Source: Dictyostelium discoideum
Taxonomy: Eukaryota
Reading direction: 5' to 3'
Assembly (NCBI GenBank): GCA_000004695.1
Contig: CM000155.2
Span: forward strand, 3,328,001 to 3,392,000
DNA: 64,000 bases
In this document: positions 39,295 to 51,841 of the stretch, one piece after another
Layout: every line of letters starts with the position of its first letter
Numbering within the stretch: the first letter of the stretch is position 1
Notes under the pieces: generated by a model
The model's input: the letters and a program-made list of their open reading frames with translations, nothing else
Database searches by the model: none
Told to the model about the DNA's origin: nothing
Program-made: the position numbers and the translations under genes

Positions 39295-40443
39295 TTAATT
39301 AAATAAAGTATTCCAAACCTTTTTAAAAACATATTTTGTTTTACATATTATACCATCACATGGTGGTGGACTCTTTGTTTGTTTGGGTGTTGGTGTAGGT
39401 GTGGATGTTGGTTTTGATGTTGGTTTGGGTGTTGATGTTGGTTTGGGTGTTGGTGTGGGTGTTGGTGTTAATGTTGGTGTTGGAGTTGGAGTTGGTTTAG
39501 ATGTTTTAATAATTGATGCCCTACAACCAATATTTGGATCACAAAAGAAAGATTTATTTGGATCATTATCATTTAGTTCTTTGGAACAGAATTTTGAATC
39601 TTTTTCAATGCAAGTACTATTTGAACAAACACCAGTATGACATTTACCATTACATTTCATTGGTTCACCTATTGCTTCAAATTTACCAGTTATTGGATTA
39701 CACTTTAAATCATTTAAACATTTATCAATTGGCTTTAAATTTATCTCTTTTTCAATATGAATGCAATAAGATTTCATATTAAATGATGAAAATTCAGAAT
39801 CTTCAAAAAATGTATCAATAGGTGGACAAAAATCAAATGTACATTCATTACCATCATCACAAGTTTTTTGATCACAATAATATTTACATTCATCACTATC
39901 TCTATTACAACTCTAAATATTTAAATAAAATAAATAATATATATATAATTAATGAATTTATTTTATTTTATTATTTTTTTATTTTATTTACTTACACAAT
40001 CATTAATTGGACAACCAAAATCAAAACTAGTTTCTAATTTAAAATTTGAAGATGTTGTATGTCTTTCACAATAAAAGAAATCAAAATTATAATAATTATT
40101 TTTAGCTAAACCTAATCTTGATAAGTATACTGTATCAGAGGATTCCTTTTGATGTAAACCACCTAAATCAATAACTAATTTATCATTAATGAAAACATAA
40201 ACATCATCATCACCAGTGAATCTAATAAACTCTTCATTTAAATTTGTACCATTAAAATATAATTTATTATTAAATTTTAAACAAAAATGATAATTATGTA
40301 TTTTACCATCTGAATCTTTATAAGATTTTATTGAATTTGTTGGAATTGATAATGTTAAATTATTATTTGTATCAATTGGAAAGAATTTATCACTTTCAAA
40401 TTCAATTAATCCAGTTTTTTGGTTTTTTAATAAAATAATTTAA
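39295..40443 (-). CDS. PA14-domain extracellular protein (psi / prespore-inducing-factor family-like). It is 5'-truncated by the assembly gap. Exons: >40443..39996 and 39912..39295.
   Basis: The upstream exon encodes a PA14 signature: ...NGTNLNEEFIRFTGDDDVYVFINDKLVIDLGGLHQKESSDTVYLSRLGLAKNNYYNFDFFYCERHTTSSNFKLETSFDFGCPINDC. The intron is TGT / GTAAGT...ATATTTAG / AGT. Exon 2 has Cys-rich modules (SCNRDSDECKYYCDQKTCDDGNECTFDFCPP..., KCNGKCHTGVCSNSTC) and a (TPTP/KPTS)n linker. The N-terminus (signal peptide) is presumably in or beyond gap 40444-40563. Confidence 0.65.
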
Positions 40444-40563
40444 TTAATTCAAAGGGTACCGAGNNNNNNNNNNNNNNNNNNNNNNNNNNNNNNNNNNNNN
40501 NNNNNNNNNNNNNNNNNNNNNNNNNNNNNNNNNNNNNNNNNNNNNNNNNNNNNNNNNNNNNNN
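40444..40563. other. Assembly gap (120 N)
   Basis: Run of n. Confidence 0.99.
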
Positions 40564-40587
40564 TATTATTATTGTTGTTATTATTAA

Positions 40588-40638
<51 letters not shown>

Positions 40639-41649
40639 GATTATTATTTTTTTTTTTTTTTTTCACCTAAAAATGTAAATTTAAAAAAATTGTACAGCTA
40701 CAATAAAGGAAAGTCCACATGTGTCAACATTCGATTTTTAAGAGATAAATTGGGGGTATTAGGATATAAATAATTTGAATTTTAAATATTAAAAATAGCA
40801 ATAAAAAAAAAAGTGTGGGTGCACTAATTTTATTGGATGTTGCCCATTAAAATCAATTGTAGTTACAAAAATAATAATTTATCTCTTTTGTGAGATATAT
40901 TTCAAAAATAAATAAATAAAAAAATAATAAAAATAAATAAATAATTAAAAAAATAAAAAAAATAATTAAAAATAATAAAAAAAATTAAACAAACCAATGA
41001 TTTTTTATATTATATTATATCATCAAATATGATTCAAAAAATAAATTTAAAATAAATAAAAAAAAAAAAAAAATAATATATTAAAAATTGTGTGTGTTTG
41101 TTTTAAATTTAATTTTTTTTTTTTTTTTTACTTATTAATTCAAATTGGTATTTTTTTAGTATATTTTTTGAATACCACTCCGAAAAAATGTCACAAAAAA
41201 ATCTTTTTCTTTGGAAGCTTCTTCTGAGCTATTCAACCAAAAACGAATAAAAAAAAAAAAAATATTTTGTTAAAGGTTGCAAAAATGATCATTTTTTATT
41301 ATTGATTTTTTTTTTTTTTTTGGATTTTGATATTTTATTTTTGATTTTTTTTTTTTTTTATGACGTTAATTCGCACCCTACTACGGTTTTTTTACGACTT
41401 TTCCAAAAAAACAAACTTCACCAAAGGGTTTTTTTTAATTTATTTTTTTTTGGATTTTTTTTTTTTTGGATTAATTCACCACTGGTATTCAAAATTTTCA
41501 AATCAACTTTCCGAAGACATCACTGTTTGCTTTTCTTTTTATTATTTTTTTTTTTTTTTTTCATTTTGAAGTTTCTTTTTTTTATTTTTTTTTTATTTCA
41601 TTATTCTCTTCATTTTAAACATTAACATCAATTACAAATAAATAAAGAA

Positions 41650-43221
41650 ATGAAAGTTTTAAATTTTATAATATTATTATTTATTAGTTGTTTATTTATT
41701 AATTATTCAAAATCACAAGATGAAACACCAATTACATTAATTGTAAATCCAAATAATAATAATACATATATTGTTGGTGAAAAATGTGGCATTGATACAT
41801 TTACATGTAATTCAATTAGTGATGCAGTTGCATACTTTAATTCAATTGCAGTATTAGTAGATAATGGAACTATTTATCAACAATTAAATATAAAATTATC
41901 AAATGGTACTTATGGAATTAAAGAGAGTCAAGTTAATTTATTTTTATTTAATTGTACAATTTCACCATTGGATGAAGGTGTTAGTAATGTTATTTTCAAT
42001 GGTTATCAAAATCCATTAAATCAAACTCAATCAATGATTTCAGTTCATGGAAATGGTGAAGGTACAACATCAGTATTAATCAGTGGTATTACTTTCTTGT
42101 ATTTCAATCATTCAATTTGTAATATCGTATCAATTGATACCTATATAAATGTAACATTTGACCAATGTAATTTCGATGGATACCAAGTTCAAAGTAATAC
42201 ACACATGATTTCATTCTCTAGAATTAATCCACCAGATAATGCCACAATACCAACAAGTTGCTTAATAATTTCAAATTCCAATATTTTCAATACCGGTGGT
42301 AATAATAACACTTCATCATTCTCGAATAGTGATATTATTTCAGTCTCTGGTTTGAATGTTACATTGTATAATGTTTATATTAATAGTATTATTAATTCAT
42401 TACCACAATCAGTGTTAAAGGTTGATAGCAGTTATACAAACATTACCAATTGTAAATTCTCCAATATTTATACCTCACTCGGTGTAGTTTATGGCTTCAG
42501 TAGTAATATAACATTCTATAATTCAACATTTGACAGATTGTCAGCCGTGTCAGGTCCAGGTTTATTCAATCATATAGCAAGCAATAGTTACAATTCAACC
42601 TTTACAATGGCCTATTGTTTAGTTAGTAATTGCTATTCACCAACAAGTGCTGGTGTAATTTTATTAAATAATCCATTCTCTGTTGCTTTACCAAATAATT
42701 ATATTATGTATTCATCATTTAATTATAATAATGGCTCAAGTGGTGGTGTTTTATATAGTACAACTGTTCCTGTGAATTTTGATAATTGCATTTTCGATTC
42801 AAATAGTGCAGTAATGGGATCGATTGCACAAGTTATTAAAACATCATTATCTGTATCATATTCAACAATATTAATTTCAAATTCATCAAATTTACATAGT
42901 ATTGCTCTTGGTGGTACATTTGTATCTTGGTATTCCGATGCTACATTCACTTTTAATACATTTAGTGGAAAACTTGTTTCTTTTGAATGTACAAATTCAA
43001 CAATTGTTATTGAAAATTCAAAAAATTTAAATCCATATTATAATTGTTATAGTTGTAAACAAATATTTGTTAATTCAAATTCAATTTGTAAAGGTAGTAG
43101 TACAACTTCAACATTAAATTTTGGTAGTGATAGTAGTAATAGTAATTCTTTTAAATTAATTCCAAATTTTTCAATTTTAATTTTATTAATAACAATAATA
43201 ACAATATCATTTAATTTTTAA
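41650..43221 (+). CDS. Secreted or GPI-type surface protein with beta-helix-like (Pmp-type GG[AIV] / FxxN) repeats. Paralogue of 10059-11936.
   Basis: The signal peptide is MKVLNFIILLFISCLFINYSKSQ. There are more than 25 NxS/T sequons and repeated motifs (FDSNSAVMGS, GGVLYST, FSNIYTSLGVVYGF). The C-terminal hydrophobic tail is FSILILLITIITISFNF. It shares the CGxDxxTC...SIxDAV N-terminal module with the minus-strand gene at 10-12 kb. Confidence 0.7.
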   Translation: MKVLNFIILLFISCLFINYSKSQDETPITLIVNPNNNNTYIVGEKCGIDTFTCNSISDAVAYFNSIAVLVDNGTIYQQLNIKLSNGTYGIKESQVNLFLFNCTISPLDEGVSNVIFNGYQNPLNQTQSMISVHGNGEGTTSVLISGITFLYFNHSICNIVSIDTYINVTFDQCNFDGYQVQSNTHMISFSRINPPDNATIPTSCLIISNSNIFNTGGNNNTSSFSNSDIISVSGLNVTLYNVYINSIINSLPQSVLKVDSSYTNITNCKFSNIYTSLGVVYGFSSNITFYNSTFDRLSAVSGPGLFNHIASNSYNSTFTMAYCLVSNCYSPTSAGVILLNNPFSVALPNNYIMYSSFNYNNGSSGGVLYSTTVPVNFDNCIFDSNSAVMGSIAQVIKTSLSVSYSTILISNSSNLHSIALGGTFVSWYSDATFTFNTFSGKLVSFECTNSTIVIENSKNLNPYYNCYSCKQIFVNSNSICKGSSTTSTLNFGSDSSNSNSFKLIPNFSILILLITIITISFNF

Positions 43222-43530
43222 ATAAAAAAAAATAAATAAAAAATAAAATAAAAAATAAAAAAAAAATTAAAAACATGTTTTAAATAATTGTTTAAATAAA
43301 TAAATAAAAAATTATTAATTAAAAAAAACTTATTTTAATTTATTTAAAAAAAAAAAAAAAAAAATTGTTTTTCTATTTTTAAATTTTTTTTTTTTTGTGA
43401 TTATTATTTATTTTNTATAATTTTTTCCAAGCAAAAAAAAAAAAAATCAAAAAAAAAAAAAAATCGAAACAAAACAAAAAAAAAAAAAAATTTATTTATA
43501 CATATAAATACACCACACACGTAAATAAGA

Positions 43531-44419
43531 ATGCCAAGGCTTGATCATAAGAAAAACAAAGAAGAAAAAGATAATGAACCCTTAATGATGGTTAATAATT
43601 ACAATATAGGTATTCAAACTGATAATAACCAAGAAGATATTCAAAATGATTATCATCATTTTAATGATTTATCAATAAATATTAAAAATAATAAAAATAA
43701 TAATAACAATAATAATAAATGTAATAGTTTACATCATAAACATTATCATAATAGATTTATTATTAATGGTGGTAATAATAATAATGATAATAATAATAAT
43801 AATAATGGTGATGATTGTTGTGCCAATATTGAATTATTTGTAGATTTAATGTTATCAGAGAATGAATATATATTGTCAGGATTTAGATTACATACAAAGA
43901 ATTCATATATGGAATGTACAAAGAGTATATTTAAATTACATAATGATACATTAAATATATGGAGTCATTTATTGGGTGCTTTATTTTATTTAGTTTTATT
44001 TTTTACTTCAATTATTAAAATTATAAAATTAAATAATAATGATGGTGGTGGTGGTGGTGGTATTGGTAACAATTTTATATTAAATAGTGATGAAATTAAA
44101 TTATTAGAAACTATTGATTTACCATCAAATTTTAATTATTTATTTTTTCAATTAAGTTGTTTCATTTGTTTCTTATCTTCAACAATTTATCATACATATA
44201 GAAGTCATTCGATTGTAGTATTTAAAACAACTTTAATGTTGGATGTCGCTTCAATAGCTCTATTAATTCTATCTTCAGTTTGTTTAATTATTGATTCTGA
44301 ATTATCTTGTTGGCCATATTTTAAAAGAATTTATTTATTTTCTTTCTTAATTTTAATTTTAATTTCTTTTTTATCATTACCTAAAATTGTAAGTTTAAAA
44401 AAATAAAAATAAAAAAATG

Positions 44420-44457
<38 letters not shown>

Positions 44458-45005
44458 TATTTATTTAATATTTAATATATTTATATAGATGAGAGAAAAA
44501 AGGTATGGTTTAAGAACATTTTTATTTGCAATTTTAGCATTACAAGGATTAGTTGGTCATTTATTTAAAATTTATTTACAAGGTTATTTTGATAAAGATC
44601 CAAATCAATTTTATAATTTAATTGGTGCTTACACTTTATTTGGTTTAGCTTTATCAATTAGAAGATTTAAAGTTCCAGAATCATTTAAACCTGGTCATTT
44701 TGATGTTTGGGTAAATATTACATTTAATATAGTATATAATATAATATAATATAATATTATATAATAATTTAAATTTATTTGAAAAAATAATTATTTAATT
44801 TAATTTAATTTATTAATTTATTAATTTATTTATATGTTAAAAAAAAAAAAAAAAAAAATTTATCATTCTCAAACAGTTTTCAAGCCATCAAATATTTCAT
44901 GTTTTAGTAGTTTTTGGAACATTTCAATTAATTAAAGCGTACAGTTATATTTATTTAAATAAACTCGATAATGTAGGATATGTAAAACAATGTTTGGGTT
45001 TTTAA
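43531..45005 (+). CDS. PAQR (progestin/adipoQ receptor) / hemolysin-III family 7-TM protein. Three exons: 43531..44388, 44489..44710 and 44877..45005.
   Basis: Family motifs are present: HNDTLNIWSHLLGALFYLVLF (ExxNIWTHLxG-like), YHTYRSHS, and the C-terminal SHQIFHVLVVFG in exon 3. Intron 1 is ATT / GTAAGT...ATATAG / ATG. Intron 2 is TGG / GTAAAT...AAACAG / TTT. All are phase 0. There is an Asn/Gly-rich N-terminal extension. Confidence 0.75.
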
Positions 45006-45142
45006 AAATAAATAAATAAATATATATTTATTATCACTACAAGTAGATGAAATACTATTTATAGGGATTGTTTTTATTTTTATTTTTTATTTTCACTATT
45101 TTAAATTACCTTTACGATGACAACAACAATAAATACACTATA

Positions 45143-45191
<49 letters not shown>

Positions 45192-46237
45192 CCCCACACC
45201 ACTATCTCTCCCCAAAAAAAAAAAATTAAATCAATTATAATAATAATAATAATAATTAAATGCATTATATATATATGGGGAATAATTAAATAAATTAATA
45301 TAATTAAAATTATAAATAATTATTAAAAAAATAAGAAATTTAATTTTAAATTTTAAAAGAAAAAATAATAGGCTGGGAAATAGAAATAATTAAAAATAAA
45401 AAATAAAAAATAAAAATAATAAAAATAAAAATAATAAAAATAATAAAAATAAAAATAAATTTATTGTAGTAACTTCTTTATGTGTTTTTTTTTTTTTTTT
45501 TTGTTCATATGACAGATTTAAATATCAGACCCCCCATGAAAAAATTCAAACATAACACCTTCTAAAACAGGTGAGAAAATATCTATCTGAAACGTGGCTT
45601 GATTGTTTTTGATAGTGGTTTATTTAACAAAATAAACCACTATTTAAATTTCTTTTAATTTCTGCAGATTTTATACACCCTATTTCAATTAAATAATTAT
45701 TTTTTTTTTTTTTTTTTTGGAAATCTAAGTTGTGTGAGTGGGTGTTATTGAAAAAAAAAAAAGAAAAAAAAAATGAAAGGTGGTTTTTTTTTGAGTGTGG
45801 TGCATTCAACATTTAGATTGATATGATGTTGAAATGATGTTGTTTGTTCAATCTAAATACCTTTAAAAAAAAATAATAATTAAAAAAAAAAAATTTAAAA
45901 AAAAAAAAAAAGTATTCATATGATTTTTGGTTGGTATTTTAGTGATAGTGTTGAAATTGATATTTTAAGAAAAAAAAAAAAAAAAAAAAATAATATAATA
46001 ATTTATAACAATATCACTGATATTATTTTTTGATATGAAAAATGGCGAATTTTCAATGTTAATAAAATTTCGTCATATATGTTGAAATTAATTTTTGGAA
46101 ATTTGCAACAACCCATCATATTTTTTTTTTTTTTTCAGAAAATTGATAAAAATAAATTAATAATCAAAAAAAAAAAAAAAAAAAAAAACATTCCCCAGCA
46201 CACAAAAAAAATCAATAAACACCCGGATTGGGAAGAT

Positions 46238-46288
<51 letters not shown>

Positions 46289-46784
46289 AAATAAAAAAAA
46301 GTAAAAAACAATAGTAAGTATTAACAAATTTAAAAAAAAAAAATTAAAATTTAAAATAAAAAAAAAATCTAAAATGGGCATATTTATATATATAATTGAT
46401 ATATCAGTACAACACCACACACTTATACACCACCCAAACACACCTACGCTCAAATTCATTTTTTTTAAATCCAATACTTACCTCTCTCACTTCAGATATC
46501 TATTTTAAAAAATGTGATAAGTCTTTAAAATTTTACATTTTTTTTTTTTTTTTTTTTAAAAAACAATCTGTAGTAGTTGGTTATTTAAAAATAAATTTAT
46601 AATAAATAATTAAAAATAATATAAATAAATAAATAAATTATTTTTTTTATTTTTTAATTTTTTTAATTTTTTAATTTTAAAAATAAAAAAATATAAAAAG
46701 AGAAAAAAAAAAAAAAAAAAATTAATAATTAATAATCTTATAATCTTATAATCTTAATAATAATAAAAATTAATTATAAAATAT

Positions 46785-46822
<38 letters not shown>

Positions 46823-46877
46823 TTATTTTTTAAAATTAAAAAATATATACCAAAAAAAAATAAAAATAAAAATAAAA

Positions 46878-46895
46878 ATGAATTGTATTAATAAC

Positions 46896-46935
<40 letters not shown>

Positions 46936-47705
46936 TTATGATACCAGATTTAAAAAATAATGATACTGGTAGTAGTGCTGATGATGGAAGAAGTGAAGGA
47001 GTTGCAGACTATCAAGTTTATGGATTTTATACATCTTGTTCATTTAAAGTTTATTTTATGTTTGAAGAATTAAATATACCTTATCAAACTTGTTTAGTAA
47101 ATATTAGATCTGGTGAACATTTTAAAGGTGAGTTTGCAGAAATGTCACCAAATAATAAAATTCCAATGTTAATTGATAATACATATAGTGTCGACAGTGG
47201 TGATGATGATGAACCTTTAAAAATCTTTGAATCTGGTGCAATTTTATTATACTTGGCAGAGAAATATCAAAAGTTTTTACCACCATTATCAAAACCAAAA
47301 GAGAGATGTCAAGTTCAACAATGGCTATCATGGCAAATCTCGGAAATGCAACCAGCTTTAACCTCTTATGTATATTATTTTATGATGGCACCAGAACCAG
47401 TTGCTTTTGGTATGGAAAAAGCTGACCAAGATTTACACAAAATTTTAAAGGTTTTAGATAAACGTTTAGATGATGGTAGAAAATATATTTGTAATGAATT
47501 TTCAATTGCTGATATAGCTTGCTTTGGTTTCGGTTCTTATTTCAATTTAAATGTTTTCAAAGGTTGGAATAAATATGAAAATGTTGTACGTTGGGTAAAT
47601 ACAATGTCTTCAAGACCTTCTATCTCTAAATTATTACCAATTGTTGAACAAACTTTAAGAGTTAGAAAATTAAAAAGATTAGATAATCAAGAATTAGTAC
47701 TTTAA
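46878..47705 (+). CDS. Glutathione S-transferase, YfcG/Nu-class (URE2/GTT-like)
   Basis: MSPNNKIPMLIDNTYSVDSGDDDEPLKIFESGAILLYLAEKY is nearly identical in pattern to E. coli YfcG (ISPNNKIPAIVD...GGEPLSLFESGAILLYLAEK). EFSIADIACFGF matches YfcG NYSIADIACWPW. It is a single exon with a short poly-Asn N-terminus. Confidence 0.85.
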
Positions 47706-47776
47706 AAAAAAAAAAAAAAATATTTAAAAAAATATTTAAATAAATAAATAAAAATACCCTATTTTGTAAAATAAAA

Positions 47777-48388
47777 CTAATTTAATAATAATTTATAAGT
47801 TTCATTAAATTCTTTATTTGAAATTCTATAAATTTCATTATTCTTAATTAATGGTATGACTAAATAATCATTTTCCTTAAAAATCATTTTTTCACCCCAA
47901 CTTGCTATTAAATAAAATTCATATAATAAATTATTATTATTATTATTTCTAATTTCAATATTTTTATTATTTATTTTCAAAAAATTTAAAATTTCCTTAT
48001 TTACTTTAATTGCTTTTATTTTATTATTTTCATTATTTTTTGGTTTATATAATTTCCATTTATTATCACTATTATTATCATCTGAAATATTAAATAATTC
48101 ATATTTATCATTAAATTTATTAAATGGTATTATATATTGTTCATTTGCATTGGTTTGATTCTTTATTAGGAAATCATCACAATTTTTTATTTTATTTATT
48201 GTTTCTAATCCATCTGATGTAATTGTTTCTACAATTGATCCAATTTGATTAATTTCACATTTAATAGCTTCAATATTTTGAAATTTATAATAAACATTTT
48301 GATTTCCTTGAATATTAAAAAAATTTTCATTTAATAAATTTAATAGTTGATCATTTTGGAAAATTATAATTTCCTTTTGTATTTCCAT
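47777..48388 (-). CDS. Hypothetical protein (203 aa)
   Basis: Non-repetitive ORF: MEIQKEIIIFQNDQLLNLLNENFFNIQGNQNVYYKFQNIEAIKCEINQIGSIVETITSDGLETINKIKNCDDFLIKNQ.... No recognisable domain. It lies convergent with the GST gene. Confidence 0.4.
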   Translation of the reverse strand: MEIQKEIIIFQNDQLLNLLNENFFNIQGNQNVYYKFQNIEAIKCEINQIGSIVETITSDGLETINKIKNCDDFLIKNQTNANEQYIIPFNKFNDKYELFNISDDNNSDNKWKLYKPKNNENNKIKAIKVNKEILNFLKINNKNIEIRNNNNNNLLYEFYLIASWGEKMIFKENDYLVIPLIKNNEIYRISNKEFNETYKLLLN

Positions 48389-48697
48389 TTTAAATTTCTT
48401 GAATTAAACAATTGTGTGTGCGTGTTAAAATAAAAATTTTCAAATAAAAAAAAAAAAAAAAAAATAGAAAAACAAATATCTTTTTTTTATTTTTTTTTTA
48501 TTTTTTTTTTTTTTTCAAACAAAAAAACTCAATTTTAATTTTTTAATTTTTTAATTTTTTAATTTTTATATTTTTTTTAACACACACTTTTTTATACATA
48601 TAATATAGTTTTTAGTTTTTATAATTTGTTTTTTTTTTTTTATAATAATTAAATAGAGTAAAAAAAAAAAGTATATATATATTTAAATTTTATTTAA

Positions 48698-50105
48698 ATG
48701 GGTAGTCCAACTATTAGTGATCAAGAAAAATCCCAAGTTGCCTTTATAGCAGGTAGTAGTTCTGATATTCATTCAACTACTGTTGCAAGATTGTATGAAG
48801 GTAGACAAGGAAGATGGGAATTTATGGCCGTCGGTATTGTTTCTGTTGTTTCAAATCGTGTAGATAAAACAAATTATATCAAAGTTTTCGATTTAAAGGT
48901 AAGTTATTATTATTATTATCATTATTATTATTTACAATATTAAAACTTTTTTTTTTTAAAAAATTAACATATTAATTTTTTTTTTTTTTTTATTATATTA
49001 TTTTTTTAAAAAAAAAAAAGGCCAACTACAGAATCATTTTTGAACAAGAAATTTATGACACTTTTGAATTTCAAAAACAAAGAGATTTCTTTTTTGCATT
49101 TGAAGGTGATTCCTGTGTTTATGGCTTATCATTTGCTGATGTAACTGAAGCAGCTGAATTCTATGGCCAACTTTTAAATTGTAAACAAGGAAATATTGGT
49201 AAAACTGCTGCAATTAATCCAAATACTTCTTCAACCAGTATGTTTTTAATTATTTTTTAATTTACAATAACAATAATAATAATAAAAATAACCTTATTAA
49301 TAATTTTTTTTTTTTTTAAATAGAAATTACTGCATCAACACCAGCACCAAAAGTTGAAAAGAAAAAAGAAAAGAAAGGTTTTATGTCTAAATTCTTTTCA
49401 TCGGAAGAGAAAGATTTGGAAATTTCAGCTCCAACCAACTTTAAACATGAAAGTCATATTGGTTGGGATCCAGAGAATGGTTTTGATATTAAGAATATCC
49501 CACCAGATTGGAGAAAACTTTTCCAATCTGCTGGTATTAAGAAGAGTGAATTAAAGAATGCAGAAACTGCTCAATTCATTGTCAATATCATTGGTGAACA
49601 AATGGTTGGTGGTTCAGCTCCACCACCAACTCAACCAGGTAGATCAGCTCCACCAGCTCCACCATCTTCAAACCAACCAGGTAGATCAGCTCCACCACCA
49701 CCACCATCTGTTGGTAAAAGTGCTCCACCACCACCACCACCATCCCATAAGACACCTGCAGCTCCACCATCAGGCGGAGGTGCTCCACCACCACCACCAC
49801 CTCCACCACCACCTTCTAGTGGTCCACCACCTCCACCACCACCAATGGCCAGTGCTCCTCCATCATCAGGAGGTGGTGGTGCCAGCGGCGGTGGAAGAAA
49901 TGATCTTTTGGCTTCCATTCGTAGTGGTGCAAGTCTTAAGGCTGTTGATAAAACCAATCCACTCCCAGATATTCAAAGTCTTGGTAATGAAGGTTCACGT
50001 TCTTTAGCTGATACTTTAGCTGCAGCTATGGCTAATCGTAGAGGTGGTATGAGAGAAGATGATGAAGAAGATGATGATGACGATGATGAATGGTCAGATT
50101 ATTAA
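48698..50105 (+). CDS. wasA: WASP (Wiskott-Aldrich syndrome protein) homologue with WH1/EVH1, basic, CRIB/GBD, polyproline, WH2 and acidic domains. Three exons: 48698..48898, 49021..49237 and 49324..50105.
   Basis: The WH1 domain is split by intron 1 (AAG / GTAAGT...AAAAAG / GCC): ...NYIKVFDLK/ANYRIIFEQEIYDTFEFQKQRDFFFAFEGDSCVYGLSFADVTEAAEFYGQLL. Intron 2 is A / GTATGT...AAATAG / AA. The CRIB motif is ISAPTNFKHESHIGWDPENGF. Proline tracts PPPPPPS are present. The WH2 motif is GGRNDLLASIRSGASLKAVDK. The acidic tail is DDEEDDDDDDEWSDY. The spliced length is about 399 aa. Confidence 0.85.
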
Positions 50106-50444
50106 ATTATTCTTTAACAAAATTCAAATTCAAAAAAATCATTAAATAAAGATTTCTTTATTTCTTTCACCAAAAAAAAAAAAAAATTTTATTTCTTTTA
50201 TTTTAAAAAAAAAAAAATTATTAATAAATCATATTTTTGATCAAAACTTTTTTTCTGATTTTTTTATTATTTTTTTTTTTTTAATTTTAATTATTTTTTT
50301 TTTTAATTTTTTTTTTTTTTTTTTTTTTTTTAATTTTTAATTTTTTTTTTTTTTTTCAATTTAATTTGTTGAAAATCAATTATTTTGTTGTATTTATAGA
50401 TAGTGAATTGTAGGGTTAAAGAAGGAAATAAAAAAAAAAAAAAA

Positions 50445-50606
50445 ATGGATGTAAATAATTTAAAACAAATTTTAGAAGAGACGTCAGCTCTCTCTGATCA
50501 TAAAACAAAAACAGAGAAATATAAATCAATTCTTCAACAACTTGTTGAATCAAAACAAGTAGCACCATTAAAAGTTTTTATTACACATTGTATGTATTAT
50601 TTATTA

Positions 50607-50648
<42 letters not shown>

Positions 50649-51169
50649 TCATTATTTACTTTATTAAATTTTAATTAAATTTAATTATTTTTTTTTAAAA
50701 AATAATAGTGACAGATGAATCAACACCATTAGTAATTTCACGTACAATTTTATTATCATTTACATCAAGTCATAAAACATTACCAGAGGATATTCAAATG
50801 GAGTTAGGTATTTTCGTATTGGATCGTATTCAAAATAGAGTTGTAGCATTTGAAGAACAAGTATCAGAGATTCGTTATAATCTTGCTAAATTATATGAAC
50901 GTCAAGAGAATTGGAGAGAATCTGCTCGTTGTCTTATTGCTATTCCATTGGATAGTAGTCAACGTGTTATCTCACCAGAATATAAAGTTAAAATCTATGT
51001 AAAGATTGCACGTCTCTTCCTTGAGGAAGAAGAATCTGGTCAAGCTGAAACTTATATCAATAGAGCAAGTGATTCATTACATTTAGTTAAAAATCAAAAA
51101 TTAATTTTAGCACATAAAGTAAGTAGATATACAAATAATTTATAATATATTCATATATAACATATTAAT

Positions 51170-51200
<31 letters not shown>

Positions 51201-51841
51201 GTTTAAAAAAAAAGACATGCTTTGCAAGAATTATGGATTATAAAAGAATGTTTTTAAAAGCAAGTTTAAGATATTATGATTTATCACAATGTTTACCAAA
51301 GGATACAGAGAGAATGCATGCATTATCATGTGCAATTGTTTGTGCAATTTTGGATAAAGCAGGACCACAAAGATCACGTACATTGGCAACATTGTATAAG
51401 GATGAGAGAAGTCAACAACTTGGTGTTTATACATTTTTAGAAAAGATGTTTTTAGAAAGAATCTTAAAGAAAACTGAAGTTAAAAAGTTTGCAGAACAAT
51501 TGAAACCACATCAAATGGCATTACTCTCTGATGGTAATACCGTATTGGATAGAGCTGTAATCGAACATAATCTCTTATCTGCAAGTAAACTCTACAATAA
51601 TATCACTTTTGATGAATTGGGTTCTCTTTTGGAAATTCAAGCTGAAAAAGCTGAAAAAGTCGCCTCAAAAATGGTCTGTGAAGAACGTCTCATTGGTTCA
51701 ATCGATCAAATCGAACGTCTCATTCAATTTGAAAATGTTGGTGATTCTCTCACTCAATGGGATAAAAAAATTGAAGGTCTTTGTATTCATATGAATAATA
51801 TTATTGAATCAATTTCAAAATATCCAGAATTTATTGTATAA
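50445..51841 (+). CDS. csn4: COP9 signalosome complex subunit 4 (CSN4), PCI-domain protein. Three exons: 50445..50589, 50709..51118 and 51215..51841.
   Basis: It is colinear with human COPS4. [13 protein letters not shown] matches [52 protein letters not shown] matches [70 protein letters not shown] matches [61 protein letters not shown] is identical to human except for D/E. Introns are T / GTATGT...AATAG / TG (phase 1) and AAA / GTAAGT...AAAAAG / ACA (phase 0). Confidence 0.9.
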
